A stretch of DNA of 32,000 nucleotides, taken from NCBI RefSeq assembly GCF_001263205.1, contig NZ_CP012333.1, forward strand, positions 5,290,556 through 5,322,555, written 5' to 3'. Both the position numbers and the translations under genes were made by a program. A model generated the notes under the pieces. The model was given only the letters and a program-made list of their open reading frames with translations. It made no database searches and was not told the origin of the DNA. Below are positions 8,351 through 16,326 of the stretch, one piece after another (position 1 is the first letter of the stretch; every line of letters starts with the position of its first letter). Source of the DNA: Labilithrix luteola (GTDB lineage: Bacteria > Myxococcota_A > Polyangia > Polyangiales > Polyangiaceae).

Positions 8351-10080
8351 AACGCATCGCGGTTGCTGCTCTCGCCGTCGGAGCGATCTTCGCCTGTGGC
8401 GACGAACGTAAAGCCTTCGCACCGAATGTCCCTCCGACCTTCGAGCTGGAGGCAGGCTCATCGTCGTCGAGCTGCGGCGTCGCACGTTGCGCGCGCGATC
8501 TTCACGCGATCGTCGACGAATGTGACGAGTCGCACGTGATCAAGTCATGTGCAGCGAACGAAGGTTGTTCGGACGCCAAGTGCGTTCCTGCGTGCGAGAT
8601 CGACAGCGCATCGACAGGATGCGAGTTCTTCGCTGTCCCGCCTTCTCCTCAGCCAGAGAGCGCCGGATCGTGCTTCGCGGCCATCGTCACGAACACGTGG
8701 GACGCGCCTACGCGTATCGATGCCGAATACGCCGGCAGGTCGCTCGATCTTGCGACGTCGGCGAGGATCGTGCGGTCCGAGAATGGCGAGGTCGTGTATG
8801 CGCCGTTCTCCGGGGAGCTCCAGCCCGGCGAGGTCGCCGTGCTCTTCCTCAGCGCGAGCCGAAATCAATCCCAGTCACAGAACGTCCCTTGTCCCCTCGG
8901 CGTCATACCCGCGCTCGAGGACACGTCGCGCAACGGCACGCTGAGAGCCTCCACCATCCAGATCAAAACAACGGCGCCGGTGAGCGCTTACAGCATCTAT
9001 CCATTCGGTGGAGCCACGAGCCATACCCCCGGTGCCTCGCTCCTTCTTCCGGTTAGGGCGTGGAAGAGCGGTTACGTCGTGACGAATCCTGCGGAGATAA
9101 TGCGTCGCGGCGGCAAACCGGCCTACGCCGCAACGCAGATCGTGGCGGCGGAGGACGACACCGACGTGGTGGTGATCGGAAGCCAGCATATCCAGCCCGG
9201 CCGCGACGTCGAGGGAGCGGCGCGAGGTGTGCCGCAGACCTATCGGCTACGCCGCGGCGAACAACTTCAATTCGAGCAGGATCCCGAGCTGACGGGGACG
9301 CGCATCTCGGCAAACAAGAAGATCGGCGTTTGGTCCTCTCACGCGTGCATGGATATTCCGACTGGCTATTGCTGCTGCGATTCGGCGCATCTTCAGCTCT
9401 TCCCGGTCGGCACGATGGGACGCGAGTATGCTGTCGTCCCATACCTCGCGCGCGCGGGCGCCGAGGTCGGGGAGGATTACCTCTTCCGAATCACCGGTGC
9501 CGTTGACGGCACTGTCCTCACCTACGAGCCTGCGCGGCCGGAAGGCTCGCCCGCGACCATCGACGCGGGCGAGTCGGTACCCTTCACGAGCCGGAGTCCG
9601 TTCGTCGTGCGAAGCCAGGATTCCGACCATCCGATCGCGGTGTATGCGTTCATGACTGGGGCGATCGAGGGCACCGGCGAAGGTGATCCCGACTTCACGT
9701 CGGTGGTACCGACGGAGCAGTATCTCGGGCGCTACGTCTTCTTCGTCGATCCGACGTATCGCAACTCGCAGCTCGTCGTCGTGCGGTCGCGCGAGGAAGG
9801 CAAGAGCTTCGAACCCGTCGTCCTGGACTGCGCCGGCCCGCTCGATGGTTGGCAGGCGGTCGGAACGTCCGGTAAGCACGAATATACGAGCGTACGCCTG
9901 ACGAAGAGCTTCGAGCCACAGGCCGTAGGCACCGGGACCTGTGGTGCTGGACGGCACGTGCTCGAGAGCCGAGGTCCGGCCGCGGTGACCATCTGGGGCA
10001 CGGACAACTGGGCGAGCTACGGGTATCCGGGCGGGGCGGCGATCCGCTCTCTGAACAACGTCGATCCGGTGGTGAGGTAG
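8347..10080 (+). CDS. large lipoprotein with IgGFc-binding-protein-N-terminal-like domain
   Basis: ATG 8347 overlaps the upstream TGA (ATGA). The signal is MKRIAVAALAVGAIFAC. Recognised by pattern: ..TGCEFFAVPP.., ..GDPDFTSVVPTEQYLGRYVFFVDPTYRNSQLVVV.., ..LDCAGPLDGWQAVGTSGKHEYTSVRL.. and a C-terminal ..TIWGTDNWASYGYPGG. These resemble the IgGFc-binding N-terminal family layout. This is an inference, not a search result. Confidence 0.65.
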   Translation: MKRIAVAALAVGAIFACGDERKAFAPNVPPTFELEAGSSSSSCGVARCARDLHAIVDECDESHVIKSCAANEGCSDAKCVPACEIDSASTGCEFFAVPPSPQPESAGSCFAAIVTNTWDAPTRIDAEYAGRSLDLATSARIVRSENGEVVYAPFSGELQPGEVAVLFLSASRNQSQSQNVPCPLGVIPALEDTSRNGTLRASTIQIKTTAPVSAYSIYPFGGATSHTPGASLLLPVRAWKSGYVVTNPAEIMRRGGKPAYAATQIVAAEDDTDVVVIGSQHIQPGRDVEGAARGVPQTYRLRRGEQLQFEQDPELTGTRISANKKIGVWSSHACMDIPTGYCCCDSAHLQLFPVGTMGREYAVVPYLARAGAEVGEDYLFRITGAVDGTVLTYEPARPEGSPATIDAGESVPFTSRSPFVVRSQDSDHPIAVYAFMTGAIEGTGEGDPDFTSVVPTEQYLGRYVFFVDPTYRNSQLVVVRSREEGKSFEPVVLDCAGPLDGWQAVGTSGKHEYTSVRLTKSFEPQAVGTGTCGAGRHVLESRGPAAVTIWGTDNWASYGYPGGAAIRSLNNVDPVVR

Positions 10081-10087
10081 TGCTCGG

Positions 10088-10729
10088 ATGAGCGCCGCAG
10101 CGCGCAGCATCGACTCTCTGGCCGCGCTCAAGGCGTTCTCGCCGAGCGAGCGTGCGCTCGCCGGCGATCCGGCGGAGATCCGCGAGCTCATCGAGCTCTT
10201 GATGCCGGACGCCATTCGGGTCGCGGGCAGCGCGCTAGGAGAGCACCACCCCGATCTCGACGACGCCGTGCAGCTCGGCCTCCTCGCGGTCATCAAGCAG
10301 CTCCCGTCGTTTCGTGGTCACGGCAGCTTTCGTTATTACGCGATGCGGATCGTCCAGCGGACGGCGTATGCGTTGCGTCGCAAGAGCAAGAGGATCGTGC
10401 TCCTCGCAGAGAAGATGCGCGCGGACGACGGCGAAGAAGTCGCGGATGACGCTTCGGAGCCTGTCGATCAGAGCCTCCGCCGCGTGCTCGGCGAGCTCTT
10501 TCAGACTCTCCCGGAGGCGCAAGCGGAGACCTTCCTCTTGCGTGTCGTACTCGAGTACGACGTGGACGAGGTCGCCGCCGAGACAGGCGTACCCGTCAAC
10601 ACCGTGCGCAGCCGGCTAAGGCTCGCGCGCGAGGCGCTGCGCCGTCGGATCGAGGCGGACCCGCGGCTCGTCGGCCTCCTTTCGGACTCGCATCGCCTCG
10701 GTACGAAAGGACGCACGACCGATGAATGA
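10088..10729 (+). CDS. ECF-type RNA polymerase sigma-70 family factor
   Basis: Region 2-like ..DAVQLGLLAVIKQLPSFRGHGSFRYYAMRIVQRTAYALRRK. Region 4 HTH ..LPEAQAETFLLRVVLEYDVDEVAAETGVPVNTVRSRLRLAREALRRR. It starts 7 nt after the upstream TAG. Confidence 0.9.
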   Translation: MSAAARSIDSLAALKAFSPSERALAGDPAEIRELIELLMPDAIRVAGSALGEHHPDLDDAVQLGLLAVIKQLPSFRGHGSFRYYAMRIVQRTAYALRRKSKRIVLLAEKMRADDGEEVADDASEPVDQSLRRVLGELFQTLPEAQAETFLLRVVLEYDVDEVAAETGVPVNTVRSRLRLAREALRRRIEADPRLVGLLSDSHRLGTKGRTTDE

Positions 10730-11561
10730 CATCGACGCCATCGTGAAGGAGGCGGAGGGAAGGATCGCGAGGAGCGGCCGCTCGGCGCTCGCGCGCGCGC
10801 GCGCCGAGGATCGGGTCTCCCGGCTCGTCGAGGCGACGGTCGCGAGCGCGGCACGACCGCCGCGGACCTCTTCGTGGCGATGGCTCGCCTCCGGAGGCGT
10901 CGCCCTCCTTGCAGGTGCTGCCCTCACGTCCGTCTTCGTGCGGACGCCGCCGGCGCCGTCCGCGCCCGCGAATACGCCGATCGCAATGCAGGCGGTGCCG
11001 TCACCGACGCCTGCCGGCGTCGATGTCGAGAGCCTGCCGAACGCGCCACCAGAGGTATCGTCGTCACTTCCGGCGCCGCGTGCATCGGCACGTCCGCATG
11101 TCGCTGCTGTCGCCTCGATCGCTCGGAGCGAGCCCTCCGCGGAGGCGCTCCCCGAACCGGCACCTTCTGCGCCCGAGAATCCCGCGACGGAGATCGAGAG
11201 CGCGTCCGAGCTGTTCGAGCGCGCGAACAACTCGCGGCGCGCGGGTGACTATGCTTCCGCCGAGAAATTGTACCGGCGCCTACTCGACGCATACCCCGGC
11301 TCGCGCGAAGCGGCGACGTCGCGGATCGTCCTTGGGCGGATACTGCTCTCGCGAAGCGAGGCCAACGCGGCGCTCGCGCTGTTCGATCGCTACCTCGCGG
11401 ATACGCCGAAGGGCTCGCTGGCCGAGCAGGCGCTCGTCGGTCGCGCGCAATGCTTGCAGAGACTACAGCGACACGATGAGGAGCGCGCGGCATGGCGACT
11501 ACTGCTCGAAACATTCCCGGGATCGCCGAACCGGACGGAGGCGCTCGAACGACTGCGCTGA
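10722..11561 (+). CDS. putative membrane-anchored anti-sigma factor with periplasmic TPR/YbgF-like domain
   Basis: ATG 10722 overlaps the sigma gene's end by 8 nt. It has a short cytoplasmic N-region, one TM segment (WLASGGVALLAGAALTSVFV), a Pro/Ala-rich linker and C-terminal TPR-like helices (YRRLLDAYPGSREAATSRIVLGRILL..FDRYLADTPKGSLAEQALVGRAQCL..LLLETFPGSP). The anti-sigma role is inferred from position only. Confidence 0.65.
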   Translation: MNDIDAIVKEAEGRIARSGRSALARARAEDRVSRLVEATVASAARPPRTSSWRWLASGGVALLAGAALTSVFVRTPPAPSAPANTPIAMQAVPSPTPAGVDVESLPNAPPEVSSSLPAPRASARPHVAAVASIARSEPSAEALPEPAPSAPENPATEIESASELFERANNSRRAGDYASAEKLYRRLLDAYPGSREAATSRIVLGRILLSRSEANAALALFDRYLADTPKGSLAEQALVGRAQCLQRLQRHDEERAAWRLLLETFPGSPNRTEALERLR

Positions 11562-11573
11562 TCTGCGGCTCCC

Positions 11574-12233
11574 TCAGGGGATCGGCGAGTGCGTCACGCT
11601 GCGGTACACGACGCCGCTCGGCGCCGTCGCGATGACGGTCGACGTAGGCGTGGCGACACCGTCGTCGACGACGCGAAGGAGCTTGTTTCCCTCCGTCGTC
11701 GTTGCCGAGACGAAGACAAGCGGCCTCTACACCCGAATCCTCGGGCGGCGACGCTTCCCTCGGCGGCGCCTGGAATCGCGATAGTCTCGCGATGAGGCTG
11801 TCGATATACGTGCGTAGTGGCGAGAGGCTCGTTTCACCCGGGAGTCTTCGCGGCTGCGATCGCGTTCGCGTTACTGCTGACCTGGTCGACGGCCTCCGCC
11901 GATTCGTGGCGAGGGCTCGTCTTCTTCGAATGGACTCCCGCTGCCGGCGAGGAGTGCCCTTCGGAACGCGAGTTGACCGAGCAAGTCGAGGCGTCGCTTC
12001 ATCGTCGCGTGTTCGCGCCGCAGGAGAACGCCGATCGGGTCGGAAAGGGACCCAACGGGTGCAAAAGGCGCCATTGGCGACGAAGTGAAGGCGCCGATTG
12101 GTCCCGTTGGCGACCGTTTGATCCCGCTCGAGGACGATTCCGGGACGATTGCAGCGACGCCAGATGACTTGTTGATCGTTGCGTTGAAGGCGGCGATCTT
12201 GGACCCCGCCACGGTCGGCGACCTTGCCATCGC
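11574..12233 (-). pseudogene. decayed 3' fragment of a paralogue of the 591-1880 lipoprotein gene
   Basis: The reverse translation of 11574-11726 is LVFVSATTTEGNKLLRVVDDGVATPTSTVIATAPSGVVYRSVTHSPIP*. This aligns with the 591-1880 product's C-terminus IIVATTTDGDKLVRFVDPATGTPMSTVIATAPHGAMYRGVTHAPKP*. There is an in-frame TAG at 11727-11729. Similarity continues in a second frame (..LRTYIDS..EDSGVEAA) and then returns to the first frame (ORF 11871-12230, ..SPTGP..SDPIG..). No signal-peptide half is present. Confidence 0.55.
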
Positions 12234-12339
12234 GCGTCTCGCGATGGGGGTTCTCCTTCATGTTCTCGGCGTGACCAAGTGAGCTTGCCGCGTCGCTTGC
12301 TCCCAAGCCATTCGGGCAAAGAGTGCGTACACTTTCGTC

Positions 12340-13160
12340 ATGACGATCATGACGGCGTCGCAGACAAAAGATGGAGCCGTGAAGCGTCGCCGTTTCTGGG
12401 TCCTTCTCCCGCAGCCGCTCATGGCCCGCCTTTTTTTCGCGCTGGTCGTTCCGTTCGTCGTTATCGTAGCGCCGCTTTTGCCAACCGATCTCGTGCCGTT
12501 CGCGTTCGGGTCCCTCTTCGTCGCGCTCGTTGGCCTTCAGTTTACGGCCAAGCTGGAGCTCGGTGCGGACGGTTTTTCGGTCTCTTGGTTGGGGAGGTTC
12601 AAGAGATTCGTTCCGTATACCGAGGTCTCCGCAGTGTCGCGGGAATTTCGATGGACGCAACCGAATCACCGCGTCGTCGTCGCGCGCGGCGGTGCCCCCG
12701 TCGTCTACGTTCCTGTCTGGAGCGATTGGGCGGCGGAACGGATCGAGCGAGCACTTCGCGATGCCGTCGATGCGTCACGGCGACCGTCACGGAAGCGGGC
12801 AGAGGTGCCGCCCGAGCCGAATCTGGCCGTGCTCGAACGTGGAGACCGAAGCGCCGAAGAATGGGTCGCGCACCTTCGGCGAATCGGCGATGGCGTAGCG
12901 CCACGTTTGGCCAGTCCCCCACGGGATGCGTTGTGGACTGTTGCCCAGCATCCGGATGCGCCCCCCACGCCCGGGTCGCGGCCGCTGTTGCGCTCACGGG
13001 GGCGTCCGCCACGGAAGCTGACCGCGTCCGGATTGCCGAGATCGCCGGCGACTTGGCTGCATCTTCGATTCACGACGCAACCAAGCTCTCGACGGAAGAC
13101 GAAACAGTGCTGGTGAAAGCCCTCGCCGTGCTTCCCGATGCGAAACAGGGAACGCGATGA
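12340..13160 (+). pseudogene. membrane protein (TM hairpin + PH-like domain), reading frame broken at a C6 run; could also be a sequencing error
   Basis: Frame of ORF 12340-13116 gives plausible protein up to ..ALWTVAQHPDAPP, then turns Arg/Pro-rich. Frame of ORF 12279-13160 becomes plausible exactly there (HARVAAAVALTGASATEADRVRIAEIAGDLAASSIHDATKL..KQGTR*). The switch maps to cccccc at 12961-12966. Adding one C restores ..DAPPHARVAAAVAL... Confidence 0.5.
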
Positions 13161-13558
13161 GCCGCCCGAATCGTGGGCGCCGAGGCGAAAAGGGACCTCG
13201 CGAGGACAATTCCCGGACGATTGCGACCTCGCCGCGCCGTGCGCTCTCAAGAACGCGATGAACGATGGTATCCGTTCGGCGAATCGCGTTCCTGAGTGAT
13301 TGGAGATGGCCATGCGCCGCCCGGCGCAGCTCGGACAGAGGCCGCGAAGCTTGCGCCGGAAGCGCGTCTCGCGCCCGCACTGCAACTCGGTACTTTCGAT
13401 GAGTTGGAGGCGACGACCAATCGCCCGGGCCACACGAGGCCGGTGACATCGGTCGGAGAGCGACGGCTCGCGAGGCCCGCGCCGCGCGGCGGCGACGATT
13501 GACGGACGGGGGCGCGCCTGCGTAAGGTCGGCTCGAACTCGAATTGTCGAGGGGGAAC

Positions 13559-14398
13559 ATGACGAAGAAAGCGAAGACGAAGCGTCCGGTTGTGCATTCC
13601 ATGAACGAAGCCTCCGCGAAGGCGGCGTTCGAGAAACTGCGACCGTCGCTCGAGGCGCTGTCGCGTGAAGCGCTCACCTCGGTTCGCTTGGACGTGCAGA
13701 TCGCGGCCGCCATCGCTCATTCGGTAGCGATCCGTGATCTCGCCGAGCCGCGGCGGACGCGGCTTCAGATCGTCGCCAAGTCAGGCATGTTCGACATGTC
13801 CGACTTCGAGCGGCTCGCGAACGTTGCGCTCGCCGTCTGGTACGCACGGCAGCAGCAACAGCAGACGGATGCGCTGCGCTCCGAGGCGATGGTGCCGGCC
13901 GTCACGCTCAAGGATGCGCAGACCGTGCGCGGGCGCATGCTGCGCGTGCTGGAGTACTACTTCGATGACGACGCCGACGTGGGTTCGCGCCTCGTCGCCA
14001 TCCGCGCTGGCAGCGGTCTCCAAGATCTGGCCAACGATCTCGAGCAGGTCGCCGACCTCTACGAAGAAGACGACGTTCGCTCGGTGATCAGCAAGGACTC
14101 GAAGCACTGGCGAAAGGACGACGTCGCGTCGGCTCGTCGCCTGGCGCAAGCGATCTTCCGAGGCCTCGGGCTCGGAGCGAGCGGTGACGCGGCGTCGTGG
14201 GCCGACCTCACCCAGCGCGCGTGGACCGTCCTCGACGAGCTCTACGGGGAGGTCCGCGCCGCGGGGCGGTTCGTGTTCCGCAAGGACGAAGACGTCGAGG
14301 TGACCTACCCATCACTGGTCGCGGCAACGCGAAGCCCCGTGAGTCGCGGCAAGGACGAGCCCGACCCCGTGACGCCTGCCCCCGCCCCGACGCCCTAG
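13559..14398 (+). CDS. hypothetical protein
   Basis: ORF 13544-14398. ATG 13559 is preceded by gaggggg (13549-13555). The 279-aa sequence is helical-looking and balanced (MTKKAKTKRPVVHSMNEASAKAAFEKLRPSLEAL..). No family recognised. Confidence 0.65.
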   Translation: MTKKAKTKRPVVHSMNEASAKAAFEKLRPSLEALSREALTSVRLDVQIAAAIAHSVAIRDLAEPRRTRLQIVAKSGMFDMSDFERLANVALAVWYARQQQQQTDALRSEAMVPAVTLKDAQTVRGRMLRVLEYYFDDDADVGSRLVAIRAGSGLQDLANDLEQVADLYEEDDVRSVISKDSKHWRKDDVASARRLAQAIFRGLGLGASGDAASWADLTQRAWTVLDELYGEVRAAGRFVFRKDEDVEVTYPSLVAATRSPVSRGKDEPDPVTPAPAPTP

Positions 14399-14412
14399 CG
14401 CACGGCGCTGAC

Positions 14413-14445
14413 GCCGAAGTCCGGTGAACGTCGCCGGACTTCGGC
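14413..14445 (+). terminator. 12-bp perfect stem-loop 15 nt after stop of 13559-14398
   Basis: gccgaagtccgg (14413-14424), a 9-nt loop, then ccggacttcggc (14434-14445). No U-tract follows, and the right arm also belongs to the first 42-bp repeat unit. Confidence 0.35.
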
Positions 14446-14703
14446 AGCGTCGTGAGTGGAGCTTCGCGAAAGTCCGCAGAGCTCGGCAGAGTCGAAAAGC
14501 GGTGCCGGTGAAGTCGCCGGACTTCGGCGCGGTCGAAAGCGGGCGCCGATGAAAGTCGCCGGACTTTCGGCGGAGTCGAAAAAGGGCACCGATAAAAGTC
14601 GCCGGACTTCGGCGGAGTCGAAAAAGGGCGCTGGCGAAAGTCGCTCGACTTCGGTGAAGTCGAAAGGGACGGTAGTGAAAGTCGCCGAACCAAAATCGAC
14701 GCC
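14426..14703. repeat. tandem array, about 6.5 units of 41-43 bp, each with an internal dyad (GAAGTC-GCCG-GACTTC type)
   Basis: Units start at 14426, 14468, 14510, 14551, 14594, 14636 and 14677 (partial). The consensus is roughly gaaagtcgccggacttcggcggagtcgaaaaagggcNccgat. Unit length varies between 41 and 43, so no constant reading frame exists. Confidence 0.85.
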
Positions 14704-14962
14704 ATTTGCCGCAGTTGGCATGCTCAGGTGCGGCTCAATGTCAGTCGGTGCTTCGTCGACCGCCGCTCTACGTGTCCCAGACCTGACGCAACTCCCTCAA
14801 CGTCTCGCGCTGATTCATGGCGGTGAGCCGGCGTCGCTGGGCGACGGTCAATCGTCTCGCCAGCTTGCTGCGACGTCGACAATAGCGCTCGATCGTACCC
14901 GTACGGCGAACACCGTCGTGACGTCGTAGCGTTTCTGCGGGAGCGTGCGTCGGGAGGTACCG

Positions 14963-15219
14963 ATGGCGCGCGGTCAGTGGTCGGAGGTCGAAGCTCGCGG
15001 AGTTCTCGACGCGTGGCGGCGTACCGGTCTGTCGCTCCAGCGATATGCGCGCCAGCGAGGGATCGTTCCGCAGCGACTTCACTGGTGGAAGCGAAAGCTG
15101 TCGGCCGTCGAGACGGCCAACGCGGCAGAGCCGGAGCCCGTGCTGTTGCCCGTGCGGGTGAAGTCAGAGTCGCGCCGCGGCGAGCCGGTGACAGTCCTCC
15201 TCCGCACCGGCCACATGCT
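14963..15219 (+). mobile_element. IS66-family Orf1 (TnpA)-like HTH gene relic, 3' truncated
   Basis: ATG 14963 lies after gggagg. MARGQWSEVEARGVLDAWRRTGLSLQRYARQRGIVPQRLHWWKRKL..LLPVRV..PVTVLLRTGHMLRL follows the layout I associate with IS66 first-ORF accessory proteins. No tnpB or tnpC follows. Protein-like sequence stops where tmRNA-end copy A begins (15220). The track ORF runs on to 15409 as junk. Confidence 0.45.
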
Positions 15220-15251
15220 GAGACTCTCAGGTGGAGGCGCCGGGAATCGAA
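15220..15251 (-). repeat. copy A of the tmRNA 3'-end/att core
   Basis: gagactctcaggtggaggcgccgggaatcgaa matches gagactcttaagtggaggcgccgggaatcgaa at 20449-20480 at 30/32 positions, in the same orientation. Confidence 0.8.
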
Positions 15252-15629
15252 AACAGGAGGAATCCCAGCAGAAGGCGCACGTTCCGGCACGAATCTGGAC
15301 GAGTGCATCGACGCCGACGAGCCGGCTCGAGCCGAAACTGGCCTGCCAAAACCGGAACCGTCGGAAGGAGTCGACACGACCGAGGACGCATTCGTTGCTC
15401 CGTCGGTAGGCGCCAGCGATGCCCGCTGCTCGGTCTCGGCCTCGGCCTCGGCCGCGTCGCTCGCTGCTGATGGCCAGGTACTGCGTCGCGATCCGATCGC
15501 TGCTCACTTTCGGTGGGGCCTGCGCGGTCGGCCATGAATCATCTGACTTGTGAGCGACCCTACCTGGAGGAGTTTAGCACCGCGCTACTCGAGATGATGG
15601 AGGCGGCGTGACGCCCTGCAATTACTCCT

Positions 15630-16058
15630 TCACGTGGGTGACACGGAAGCCGAACCCTTCGATGAGGGCCGCACGCAGCCGGTTTCCCCGTATGGGTATG
15701 CATGGGGCTCGTACTCCAGCCGAGCGTGGTCGGGCCGTACACGTCGAAGGCGAATCAGGTGATACTCACCGTTTCTGAACGCGTCGATCATCGACCCGAA
15801 GTCCCACGGCGTGACGAGGTTCGGGTCATCCATCCGCTTGTCCGCCGGCGTCGTTTGCCAGCGACGCAGCCAGTCGTGGCGCTCCGCCTCGGTCGGCCAC
15901 CAGAAACGCGAAAGCGCGTCGTCGTCGTCGAAGAAACGTGTCCAAAACTCATCATCCCGAAAGTCGTCGTCGGCCTTTGCCTTGGCCAGGGCGCCAACGA
16001 CCGCGCCGAGGCGCGCGTACGCCTCCTCGTTGTCGAACGTGAACTCGACGAAGGACAT
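15630..16058 (-). CDS. hypothetical acidic Trp-rich protein; C-terminus possibly frameshifted
   Basis: ORF 15630-16181. Start ATG 16058 is preferred (MSFVEFTFDNEEAYARLGAVVGAL..FWWPTEAERHDWLRRWQ..). After ..YPYGE the listed frame ends GCVRPSSKGSASVSPT*. The +1 frame reads ..RLRAALIEGFGFRVTHVKE* (stop 15622-15624) and looks more protein-like. Confidence 0.55.
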   Translation of the reverse strand: MSFVEFTFDNEEAYARLGAVVGALAKAKADDDFRDDEFWTRFFDDDDALSRFWWPTEAERHDWLRRWQTTPADKRMDDPNLVTPWDFGSMIDAFRNGEYHLIRLRRVRPDHARLEYEPHAYPYGETGCVRPSSKGSASVSPT

Positions 16059-16264
16059 GCGCGAACCTTTTTGACGCGCCGGCGTGCGGTCATCAACGGA
16101 AACAGCACATGCGATAACGACCCCCGGAAAACGCGAAGCCCCGACAGGTCGAGTCCAAAGCGCGAGGCCGCTGCTATCCAAACGCCATCAACCGTCGCGT
16201 GCCGCGGTGTCGGTTCGATCGTCCTTGGGCGGCGTGGATGCGCGAGGAGGGGGCTGGGGAGGGA

Positions 16265-16326
16265 GGAAGGGGAAGCGCAGCTCCCCTTTCGAACGAGGTT
16301 CTCAGGTGGATGCGCCGGGGCTCGAA
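16265..16326 (-). repeat. copy C of the tmRNA-flank hairpin + 3'-end/att core (degenerate)
   Basis: Hairpin ggaagggga/tcccctttc (16265-16290) is followed by tcgaacgaggttctcaggtggatgcgccggggctcgaa (16289-16326). This matches 20443-20480 at 31/38 positions, with the same hairpin-then-core layout as 20417-20480. Confidence 0.7.

Noticed and set aside
10924-12669. 581-aa minus-strand ORF
   Set aside because: It is extremely Arg/Pro/Ser-rich and antisense to the anti-sigma gene and other plausible genes, which is typical of high-GC shadow ORFs. Only short stretches of its frame coincide with the decayed paralogue at 11574-12233.
13173-13220. Possible fourth, outermost copy of the tmRNA-end core (gtgggcgccgaggcgaaaagggacc..aattcccgg)
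   Set aside because: Blocks gtgg/gcgccg/cgaa/ggg/aattcc occur in the right order but need several gaps. At this GC content I cannot separate it from chance by eye. A scored alignment against shuffled controls is required.
14208-14929. ORFs reading through the 42-bp array (14208-14705 minus, 14456-14929 plus) that yield repetitive peptides
   Set aside because: Repeat units are 41, 42 or 43 bp, so the peptide register drifts from unit to unit. The composition is also junk-like. I treat the array as non-coding DNA.
14768-14930. Minus-strand peptide ..RRHDGVRRTGTIERYCRRRS.. as a possible tyrosine-recombinase C-terminal relic (G-H..T..Y-like)
   Set aside because: The resemblance rests on three or four residues with an insertion. 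The surrounding sequence is Arg-rich junk.
15534-15611. 25-codon ORF MNHLTCERPYLEEFSTALLEMMEAA*
   Set aside because: It is too short, with no RBS or recognisable family. It may be a fragment of a decayed gene, but that cannot be supported from sequence alone.
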